Source: Spirochaetia bacterium (GTDB lineage Bacteria; Spirochaetota; Spirochaetia; SZUA-6; Bin103). From it: a DNA stretch of 64,000 bases. Below the pieces are notes generated by a model that did no database searches, had not been told where the DNA came from, and saw only the letters and a program-made list of their open reading frames with translations. The DNA lies in contig CBDBDQ010000005.1 in NCBI GenBank assembly GCA_965203905.1, positions 832,001-896,000 of the forward strand, read 5' to 3'. Numbering within the stretch: position 1 is the first letter of the stretch; each line of letters opens with the position of its first letter. Shown in pieces: positions 55,266-64,000 of the stretch. Position numbers and translations under genes: made by a program.

Positions 55266-57545
55266 TCAGTCCTCCCCGATCGCCAGCGTACGGTAGGCGA
55301 GCACGCGACCTTCATCATCCAGAACGACGAGGCATGCGGTTTCGCGCTCATGTTCGTCGCTCACCAGGAACGAAGTGCGGCCCCGTTCGTCGAGGACCCG
55401 CAAACCCTTGATCAAGCTTGGTCCGCTAATCTCCGACCCGAGACGCAGATCGACACTGAGATCGGCTCCGCTCTCGACACCTACGCGAAGGCGTAGCCCC
55501 TCCCACTTGGTCTGCAAGATGGTGACGGTGCGCTTCGCTTCGTCACTTACAACCTCCAGGACGGGCAGGATGCACTCCTGCGGGCTGACACCGCCATGCG
55601 CGTACTCGACGTTCGAAAAAAACGACCGCGCTCCCGTCGCCGTCGCCACCGAGACCTCGCGGTTCCAGGTCCAAGGCACCTGGAGATAGGAGGTTTGTGC
55701 TTTCGCCTTGACCAGAGCACAACGCGTGCGTTTGCCATTCGGCTCCACCAGCCCGGCGTCGAGCGCGGCATGCGGCAGCCCACCCGGCATCAATAGCCAC
55801 CCATGGTCGGTGACGATGCGCAGTTTTCGACCGGGCCCTACCAGCTGAAGGACGCGATCGGCCACATCCTGGATGCCGGCCGAGAGACGTTCGGCTAGAC
55901 GTGCCCCTAATGCATGTCCCTCTTCGTCGAACCGCCCGGTCTCCGTCCAGAGCTTCGCGTCGGGTAGGAGGGTGCTATCCGTTTCCCACCCGTGCGCCGC
56001 CATGAGTTTGAAGAGCACGGGCTTCGTCGCCGGCTTTCGGTCTGGAGAGATCGGAAGAACGTCGGAAGTGGTTGGCGGCCCGACCAACATAGACGCGACG
56101 GGTGAGACCAAAGGCTTGCACGTTCCAGTCACCGTCGGAAACCCGGACCACACCCAACGAAGGGTCACTGTCATGCCCTCAGCTTCAAGGCTGCGGACCA
56201 GCTCCCGTGCGAGGTCCATCCTCAAACCGTCCACAAACAGGATCGAAGTGGTTTCTGGATCTGGATCGGGCGGAGTGGCGAGCTTAACCTTGTCAAGCCG
56301 AATGAGTTCTTGGAGCGAGGCTGCACCCGCTTCCATCCAGGGCAGATAGACCGCCCGCAGTGCCGCAGTAATGGCTTCACGGTCCAGCCCGCGCGGCGCT
56401 GCTGCAAGAGCGCACATTGCGGCCCAGTCAGCATCGGTGCCCTCCGCCACGTACGCCTCCGCCAGCGCGTTGTTCTCATGACTCGGAAGCGGCTTTGCTG
56501 ACGCAACCCTCGCGACAAAACTGACTGCCTTGGCCAGCGGTGCCTTGCCGCGCCGAGCCCAGACAGTTCCTCGCCGCCATGCATGTTCGTCGTCGAGTTC
56601 AGCGATTCGCTTCTTCGCGGCTTCCAGCGACAAATCGGCGAGCGAACACAGTGCTTCGCGCAGTTTCATCTCGTCCTGCGTGTTCAGCCTTGGATATGAG
56701 TCCCTATTGTCAGCGAGTTCGAACAGCGTTTCTGGCTGTTCAAGGTCGAGATAGCTGACGACGGTTTCGAAGCCCATCGAGGCAGCGAAGCGTGTCCACA
56801 CCTCATCCCACCTGCCTTCGCGCTTGGCTAGCCGTCGTACCGCATCCTGTGGGGACAGCTTACGTGGGTCGAACTTCAGCTGCTTATCCGCAACGCTTGC
56901 GAAGGCGGAGAACCGACTCGGATCACCCCTCTCAGTAAATGCACCATCGATCCAGTCGAGCATGTCGCCGGCGAAGTCGGGGGCGAGCAGCGCGTTAAGC
57001 CGGTCCTCGTCCCAACGCTTTCCGCGCAGGTCTTCCAAGGGACGGCTGCAGAATCGTATGGCGGCGTGTGAGAGAGCTGCGCGGGTCGCACTATCCTCGG
57101 CGATGCCAAGTTTCAGAGGGCCGCGGTCGGACGTGAGAAACCCCCGTAGCGTCCAGTCCCTGCCGTTGACGTGCCCAAAGAGGGCGCCCGCCACGGTGTA
57201 CCAGACCAGCGGCTGCAGAAGGGACGGACAGTCATCGGCACTCTTCAGAGTCTCTCGCCCGACACCGGGCAGATAGAGGATCGGCGTGAGGTCCTCGGAA
57301 ATGTCGATCTCTGAAACTGCCCTGGCCAATGCGGCGCGTAGCCAGACAGCGGGCCCGGTCCGTGTCGCCGCGTCGAAGTCGCCGTAGGTCAGCAGTTCCG
57401 GCAGTCGCTCGCGGAGCGCCGAGACAAGGGGTAGGAACTCCCGGTTCGCGTCACACCACAGCACCGCTTCAGGCGCCGCCTCGGCCGCTGCGTTGTAACT
57501 CGCGGCATCTCGCACCGCAGTAACAAGAGAGTCGAGTGGCGTCAC
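55266..57545 (-). CDS. pglZ: BREX phosphatase-like protein PglZ
   Basis: LFVDGLRMD, PTVT, VTDHG, YAHGGVSPQE. Confidence 0.92.
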   Translation of the reverse strand: MTPLDSLVTAVRDAASYNAAAEAAPEAVLWCDANREFLPLVSALRERLPELLTYGDFDAATRTGPAVWLRAALARAVSEIDISEDLTPILYLPGVGRETLKSADDCPSLLQPLVWYTVAGALFGHVNGRDWTLRGFLTSDRGPLKLGIAEDSATRAALSHAAIRFCSRPLEDLRGKRWDEDRLNALLAPDFAGDMLDWIDGAFTERGDPSRFSAFASVADKQLKFDPRKLSPQDAVRRLAKREGRWDEVWTRFAASMGFETVVSYLDLEQPETLFELADNRDSYPRLNTQDEMKLREALCSLADLSLEAAKKRIAELDDEHAWRRGTVWARRGKAPLAKAVSFVARVASAKPLPSHENNALAEAYVAEGTDADWAAMCALAAAPRGLDREAITAALRAVYLPWMEAGAASLQELIRLDKVKLATPPDPDPETTSILFVDGLRMDLARELVRSLEAEGMTVTLRWVWSGFPTVTGTCKPLVSPVASMLVGPPTTSDVLPISPDRKPATKPVLFKLMAAHGWETDSTLLPDAKLWTETGRFDEEGHALGARLAERLSAGIQDVADRVLQLVGPGRKLRIVTDHGWLLMPGGLPHAALDAGLVEPNGKRTRCALVKAKAQTSYLQVPWTWNREVSVATATGARSFFSNVEYAHGGVSPQECILPVLEVVSDEAKRTVTILQTKWEGLRLRVGVESGADLSVDLRLGSEISGPSLIKGLRVLDERGRTSFLVSDEHERETACLVVLDDEGRVLAYRTLAIGED

Positions 57546-60500
57546 TTCTCCGCCTCAACCCGCTTTGAAACGGCCTCGCGCGCGGACCGCTTCTGGGCCA
57601 GTGTGGTGTGGTGGTCATTTCGACGCTCCCCGTTGAACCTGTCGTACCAGGGTGCCGAAACGCCATCCCTCCCACGATCCTTGTCCTTCAGGATCTTCGA
57701 AAGGTCATGGGTTAGCAAGCCCGCGTTGATGAAGGGCCGAATGTTCTGGCGCACGCCGTCGTCCAGGTCAGGGTCCCAGCCGAGCGGTTGCCTGGAGAGC
57801 GACTTCCAGCGGACGAAGATGTCGTAAGGCTCCTCACCCGCGAGGATCTTCTCCAGCTTCTGCTGCAGCTCACGGCCCTTCTCGTAGCGCAGCATGTTGT
57901 TCTCAGCCTTGGCACGGGCAAGCCAATCACCGAGCAGGGTATAGGTGAGCTTACGCAGGTTGGCCTGATCGAAACGGTGATAGTGGACGAAGACCGAGAA
58001 GCCGTCCTTCATCGCATCGGAGATGTGCCAAAGAAAAGGGCGCTGGCCAAACAGCACGCAGTGTTGGCGGAAGGCGCGGTCGCGCACCCACGCTTCGAGC
58101 GACCCGTCACGGGCGGTCTTCTTGTCCACCGCCTCATCAGCATCAGCGACCAGACGAAGCTCCAAGGCATCGGACCAATCCAAACCGAATGATGCGACGA
58201 GGTAGTCGCGCAGGCGGTCGGATAGAGCTCTCTCGCCAGCGACGGACGAGACGCTGACGAGGCCGTCATCATCGCCCCGTGGGAGCTCTGCAGCCTTTGC
58301 AATCCAGACGCGTGCCTCGTGCGACAGCTCCATCTCAGTGTCAGTGCATGTCTCGGCGGGCCACCGATAACCGCAAAGACGGGCTAAAGACACATGAAGG
58401 GCCGTCCCCGTAGCTGCTTCAGCGGGATGACCGTGGAATATCCAGTGGCAAGGATTCTTTGAAAATGGCTCGGGCAACGTGACTAATTTTGACTTCCGAG
58501 CAACCGATGTCCAATGTGCAAGATCGAATGGTGCCTTTCCCAAAGTCGCCGGTGTAACGCCCACCTTGTTGTCGATCTTTCTGATCTCATCATGATAACG
58601 ACGACTCTTCAAAAAGTGCCAAATCGAAGGAGCATTACTGGGATTTTTGGGTATCAGGATTGCGCCGTTCTGGTCGAACAAAGATGCCACACAAAGTGAT
58701 GCTGGAAGCCGTCCCATACGATGAACAACGAAACCTGGACTCCTCTTGAGGCTCCGCTGTATTGCTGAGCTCCCGCGATCTACAAATCCGCTGTGGTTTA
58801 CGATATCGCCAGAGCCTTGCTCCCAACGAATAATGTTCTCAATTCCATCAAAGAAACCGGACTCAGACGCCGTCCTCTGAAAAAACTCCCATTTACCGGT
58901 CTTCTGTGGAATTTCCCAGAACTTCGAAATGAAGCGATCATTGTCGCCCGTCTGGAGCCCACAATGCACGTTAACATATTGCGACAGAGGCTCTCCTTGA
59001 CCTTGTGTCCTTGTCAGTATTCGAAGATCTCGAGAGTCCAAAACGTCCCGCCGTTGAATGCGCTCGATTTGCGTTTGTCTCAGTGACTGTTCCTTGTTTT
59101 CGGGGCCCCTATCCTGTGTAGCAACAAGGCTTCGGTAGAAGTCATCTGTTGGGGTTGATCTCTCAGAAATGAACAACATGAAGCTGAAATCGTACATTGG
59201 CGTTGAAAAGGACCCAGGTCCCACCTCGACAACAAGAGAAACACGATTTTCCCGCAAGATTCTGTTCCTTAACTCTCTATAGGACCTCAGAAACGTCCAG
59301 TTTTGGGGGGACACGAAAGCACTAACGCCACCGGCGTTCTGCAAGCGGAGCATTCGCAAAACCATTGCGGTTGCGAGGTCTGCCCTTCCTTCCTTGAAGT
59401 GCTGATATACATAGTTCTGAAGAAACGGTGTCTGTTTTCTCCGTCCGAGAAACGGGACATTCGTGACTTGAAGTGTGTAGCTCGTGCTAAGTAACATTCG
59501 GGCGCTCTCGGCCATACCGCTTGCTGCCACTACGCCTTCCATTATCACCGGTTCTGCCTTTCGCGCCTTGTCTATCAATGGCGCGAGAAGACGTTCGATC
59601 TCTCTCAGTTTCTCTGCTTCGAACAAATCGCTACCGGAGGGTTCAAGCAGCGTTCCGAGCGCGGGGGCCTGGGCAAAGAGGTCGTGGATAGCCCCTAGCG
59701 CATATTCCAGTTCGGCGTCACCGTCGGCGAGTGTGACGAATTCCCGCCTCGAAAGGGGGGGTGGGGCGCCCACCCAAGCAATCTGAGGTAGTGGCAAGGT
59801 TTGCCATCCCCCAATGCGCCAAGCACTGAGCGCAACAGCGAACGCGGCGATCTGCACGCACCGGCCGTCGATCTCCAGACCATGAAGGTTGTCCCGCAAC
59901 ACGGCCGCAACAGCGTCGGATGAGGTTAGTAGGTTTTCCTCCTCCTTACGCAGTGCCGCCAGAATCGCCAGAGCCTCGGTCAGAAAGTGCCCGGATCCGC
60001 AGCAGGGGTCAAGCATGGTGATCGCCCTCACCTCCCTCGGCCAGCCGGGGAAGGTGCCCGCCGCTGGACGCCAAGGGCCATTCTCACGCTTCGAACAAAA
60101 CGTAGCATGTCGAACGTGTAGTTGGGCAGCGAGCAGGCCGCACGCAGCGCGTCTTCGTCCGCCGCCGTCTCTGCCAGCTTCGGATTGGCCACCAGCACCT
60201 TACCGGCCCACCAAGCGCCCAGCGTATTGTGCAGCAGGAAGCGCACCATGTAGGGCTCGGTGAACAACTGGGTGACGGCAGGCAGCTCTTCCGCCCCGAT
60301 CTTCACGCCTGACTTGTTGACCGCGTCCTTCTCCGCTGCACGCCAGAACTGATAGGTCCAGCCAAGACTGTCCTCAGCCTGGAACACCTCAGCGGCGAGC
60401 TTGGTGACCAGCTGGTGCAGCGTTTGCGCTTGCACTATGTCGAGCTCGACCGAAAGGACCGGATCGTCGATACGGAACACTGCGGGCAGCATGGCTGCGG

Positions 60501-60915
60501 CGTAACGCTCTGCGATGCTCCAAGGATCTATCAGTCCCTCGGCATCGGCAAGCTCGCGACAATCCTCCAGCGACACCGGCACGTCGTATTCCGGGTTTCG
60601 CAACAGACCCCGCTCTGCCAGGAATCGAGTGAAGAGCATGCGGTGCCAATGCGCATATGCCGTAGCCTCGACCAGCCGCTTCGTTTGCTGCGTTTCGTCA
60701 CGTTTGTCGAATGCGTCACCCAGGGCCCGCGCATGGGCGCGGAGTTGGCGACGAAGCTCCTTCTCGTCCTCGTTCAGATACGGCGGCACTTTGCTGTCCG
60801 CGACTCCGAGGCGGCGGATGGCGTCCTGCGCGCCTTCCTCGGCAACAAGCCGGGCGTTCTTAACCGCGCTCTCGACCTCTCGGCGTAGGGTGGTGGGCAG
60901 GTAGCGGTTGAGCAT
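57542..60915 (-). CDS. pglX: BREX adenine methyltransferase PglX-like, one frameshift near 60090
   Basis: LGWTYQFW, PAVTQLFTE, LDPCCGSGHFL, GLEID, TNVPF, DLDDGVRQNI; frames join as MLRFVR / ENGPWRPAAGTFPGWP. Confidence 0.9.
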
Positions 60916-60918
60916 GCA

Positions 60919-63900
60919 TCAAACCCTTGGGACTACAGGGCCCTGGTCCAGGGCCTTCATGACCCGCTCTCGAACCCTGCTGAGCCAATCATCGAGTTCT
61001 GCTTCCGATTTCAGCATCGCTCCGGGGAGGGATACGGCATGCGCCTTCGGCTCCAGTAGCGCAGCGGCGCAAGCGAGCGCATCCTCGACCCGCGCCTGCA
61101 AGGCTTTGGACATATTCTCCCATTCCGACAGCCCACGTTGCGAGAGCCCCTCCGCGATCGTCTGCGGGATGTCCACCTTCGGCTTCGGCACCACAAGGAG
61201 CCCACACTCCTGGCGAATCGCGTCGGTCTGGTCTGAGGAAAGTCTGCCCCAGGTCGGATCCTTGGCGAGCCGAAGCTCGCCCTTAATCCATGCCGCCTCC
61301 CAATCCGCGTGGGCAGCGTTGAGTCTCGCCCGAAGAGTCTCTGTGGCAGCCGATATCAGCGGCAGAATCGGATCCGGATCAGCAAGCAGCCGCCGTCCGC
61401 TGCGCAGATCGTCAAGGTCGCCCTCCCGATCTACCGCACCCAGGTCGACAAGACGTTCTGCCAATCGCCAATTGGGTAGCCGGTCAACGATCTTCCGCGC
61501 GGCCGCCGTCCATACCTTTAGCTTCGCCCGCAGAGTTGTCGCGTCCGTTGCCAGTACCTCAAGCAGATCGTTTCCGGATAATGATCTATAGGTATCTATG
61601 TTCATCACCTTTTCCGGCTCCGGCGCAGGAGGCTCGCCACCGGATACTCTCGCCACTTCCTCAAGGCGCTCGAGCAACGCCGTCAGTACCAGATGTTCCT
61701 GGTTTTTCTCGAAGACGATGCCTACATCGGTGAGCAATCCCCGCACCAGCATGCGCTGCTCAATCGTGATGATCGTTGTCTCACTGCGGAATGTGCATGT
61801 GCCAAGCTTCTGCCGCGGTAGATCAGGAAGCGAGGCGGGCCTTCCGTCTTCACCGATCACGCGCACCAGTCCGGCATTAGCGAGGACGATGAGTGCTCCA
61901 TCGACGGCGTCCTGGGACCAGCCATAGGGCGGGGCAGTGAACCTCGACCGAAGGTCAGAGCCTTTCCGACCGGATCCCAAATCGGTCAGCACAGCCTTGC
62001 AAACCAGATGGCTCTCGGGCGCACCGGCGTGGTCTACCGCCCTAATGGCGTCCGGGTCCTTGCGTATCGCCCGCTCACGTACCTTGTCCCAACCCGCATG
62101 GTCGCCGTCCGCAAACTTTGGGTAGAGACGGGCAAGTGCGTTGGTAGCCGCTTCCTTAACTGCTTCGCATGGAGTACCCGCAATCAGCTTCCCGCCCGCT
62201 TGATAGACTCGGGATTGTGCTACGGCTTCGTGAACAATCTCCTTGGCCGCCGCCAGAGCCTTATTCGCGCGCGACAGCATCGCGGAATGAGCCTCACGCC
62301 CCGCATCGGTTTGGGGTGCCCCACGAATCTGCAGAACGCGATCAGCAGCGCTCCACGTCGTGAGCGCGGTCGTCAGTTCATTATCGCGCGTCGGATGGCG
62401 CGAAGTAAGCATATGAACAGAAGGATCGGATGCCGGTGCTGCTACGATTTCCTTTTCTACTGCCGTCAGATCTTCGTTCCACCCGCTTCGGAGTCTCAAA
62501 GGAATGCCATCCGACGGCGTCCTTTCATCTGGTCCAAGGCGATGAATGCGCCTTTGCTGCCGACTGGCGCCCTGCGTCACGCTGGCTGAGCCTGCCAAGG
62601 AGGTCTCGATCTCGTCGCCGAGGATCGCACGGCGCGTGCGCACGATCCCCGACTGATCCGCCAGGACAGCTCTTTCCTCATTGCGATAGGCGGCTTCCCA
62701 TTCCGCACTCTCTTTCGTCTGCAAGCGCCACTCGCCGCCTACCTCGATCACGGCACTATCGGTCTGAAGTTCCAACAGCAGCCTAGGCACCTTTTGGCGG
62801 AGATCGTCCTCTCCCGCAAGATCGACGACCATTAGATCAGCAATGGTCTCCGTTCGTGTACGAACGCCGTGTTGATCTGCATCGGGTGCGATACGGCCGA
62901 GCATGTAAACCAACATCAGGATGCGAGCCTTCAGTTGATCCATTATGGATCCACCGCGCAATGTTTCGATGCGGTTTCGTGTTTCACCTGGTAGAAGCCC
63001 GGCGTTATACGCCTCTGTTGAGAACCTTCCGTAGAGGAAGTCGACTGGAACAGCATGCCCGAGGGGCTTGTCACCATAGCTGCGCGCCGCATCGAGAGTG
63101 GTTCGTAACTGACCTCTCAGCGTACCGCCAAGCCCAGTACGATCCAGCTCGCGGAGAATTCGTTCCCAGATGCGGCGACGAGACGGAAGCAGCGGCCAAT
63201 CGAGGACTGCTTCATCATCGTCTTGCACCGTGTGGGCCACCGCGCTGCCTCGCACGTGTCTACTGATCTCGCCCGCATTCGTATTGAGCATGCTTCGGAT
63301 CGGCTTCTCGTGGCTCGTTTTCTTGCGAAGGACCGTCTTGCGAATGACCGCGTCGACATCAGCTTCTCCAAGCGCGACCTGAACGGGAAAACGATCAAGA
63401 AGCTTTTGAAGATCTGGAACATCACTCAGGGCTTGCTGACCAGTTGATACAAGAAGAACGCGGCCGTCAAAGCGACTCGATAGCCGCTCTGCGATAGTCT
63501 GAATTCTTAGTGTCAAGCTGGGATCCTGGCGAATGAACTGCTGTACTTCATCGAGGACCACGAGGGTCAACGGCAGTTCGGCACCTCCCAGCATCAGCGC
63601 TCGACAAACCATCGATTCGAGGAGATCGACAGTTACTGCAGGCGGCTCAGAGAATTGCGAGCGGAGCAGGGCGCTCAATTCCTTCGGCGTGCCAGCCAGA
63701 TCCGGTTTGGCTGCCAGAACCGCGGCACCGAAGCGGAGAGACAGAATGAAATTGCGAATATCGTTCTCGAAAGTGCTGCCGAGCGATGTACGAACGCTGT
63801 CAAGGACACCGAGATCAGCCAGCCAGAACGCTACCTGCGCCGCCCGAAGGTCACTGGGCAAGCCAACGGCTCGCAGCACAATGCCGAGCGTAGCCTCAAC

Positions 63901-64000
63901 CGGATCCGCCGGACCTGTGCCAAGCGAGTCGCCAGCCGCAATGACACCGCCCGTTCGCTGAGCCGCACCGCGAAGCTCCTTAAGGGGTGCTGCCACCTCG
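60919..64000 (-). CDS. brxC: BREX P-loop ATPase BrxC (5' part outside window)
   Basis: LVVLDEVQQF (Walker B), TGQ, DRFP, RFTAPPYGW; position upstream of pglX. Confidence 0.9.
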   Translation of the reverse strand, partial: EVAAPLKELRGAAQRTGGVIAAGDSLGTGPADPVEATLGIVLRAVGLPSDLRAAQVAFWLADLGVLDSVRTSLGSTFENDIRNFILSLRFGAAVLAAKPDLAGTPKELSALLRSQFSEPPAVTVDLLESMVCRALMLGGAELPLTLVVLDEVQQFIRQDPSLTLRIQTIAERLSSRFDGRVLLVSTGQQALSDVPDLQKLLDRFPVQVALGEADVDAVIRKTVLRKKTSHEKPIRSMLNTNAGEISRHVRGSAVAHTVQDDDEAVLDWPLLPSRRRIWERILRELDRTGLGGTLRGQLRTTLDAARSYGDKPLGHAVPVDFLYGRFSTEAYNAGLLPGETRNRIETLRGGSIMDQLKARILMLVYMLGRIAPDADQHGVRTRTETIADLMVVDLAGEDDLRQKVPRLLLELQTDSAVIEVGGEWRLQTKESAEWEAAYRNEERAVLADQSGIVRTRRAILGDEIETSLAGSASVTQGASRQQRRIHRLGPDERTPSDGIPLRLRSGWNEDLTAVEKEIVAAPASDPSVHMLTSRHPTRDNELTTALTTWSAADRVLQIRGAPQTDAGREAHSAMLSRANKALAAAKEIVHEAVAQSRVYQAGGKLIAGTPCEAVKEAATNALARLYPKFADGDHAGWDKVRERAIRKDPDAIRAVDHAGAPESHLVCKAVLTDLGSGRKGSDLRSRFTAPPYGWSQDAVDGALIVLANAGLVRVIGEDGRPASLPDLPRQKLGTCTFRSETTIITIEQRMLVRGLLTDVGIVFEKNQEHLVLTALLERLEEVARVSGGEPPAPEPEKVMNIDTYRSLSGNDLLEVLATDATTLRAKLKVWTAAARKIVDRLPNWRLAERLVDLGAVDREGDLDDLRSGRRLLADPDPILPLISAATETLRARLNAAHADWEAAWIKGELRLAKDPTWGRLSSDQTDAIRQECGLLVVPKPKVDIPQTIAEGLSQRGLSEWENMSKALQARVEDALACAAALLEPKAHAVSLPGAMLKSEAELDDWLSRVRERVMKALDQGPVVPRV

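Noticed and set aside
1-64000. CRISPR array, tRNA, rRNA, integron attC array
   Set aside because: No regularly spaced repeats, cloverleafs or shared cassette-end motif found by eye; no cas or integron integrase genes.
53216-64000. BREX operon as a novel system
   Set aside because: Gene content and order match known BREX type 1-like loci; only the pglX details are reported.

Overview
GC-rich bacterial window. The signal-peptide style of the ABC binding proteins is compatible with a spirochaete-like heterotroph (inference only). The first ~46 kb is a nutrient-scavenging backbone: four ABC solute-binding proteins with permeases/ATPases, a hydantoinase A/B pair with an unlisted 84-aa Cys-rich partner, two BNR/sialidase-like proteins, GH3, GH10-like and beta-propeller hydrolases, a sulfatase, a PhyH dioxygenase, a nitrilase and two Gfo/Idh/MocA oxidoreductases. 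This backbone is repeatedly interrupted by short conflict cassettes: Uma2, a PIN toxin pair, ATPase+DUF4276, a Menshen-like ATPase/TOPRIM-like/DUF262 trio, and an unknown nuclease + helical/OB-like pair. Most cassettes abut orphan 3' ends of host genes. The last ~18 kb is a defence/mobile island: an ISNCY/rve-type IS with a ~600-nt structured non-coding arm, a decayed RM/TA region, a DegT remnant, an IS1634 remnant and a BREX-1-like operon (brxC-pglX-pglZ-brxL). Several single-base indels, some in homopolymers, may be sequencing errors. No tRNA, rRNA or CRISPR array was seen. The best novelty candidates are the IS non-coding arm, the unknown two-gene cassettes at 38.8-40.3 kb and 48.8-49.8 kb, the cassette/3'-remnant architecture and a riboswitch-like leader at 32.0 kb.
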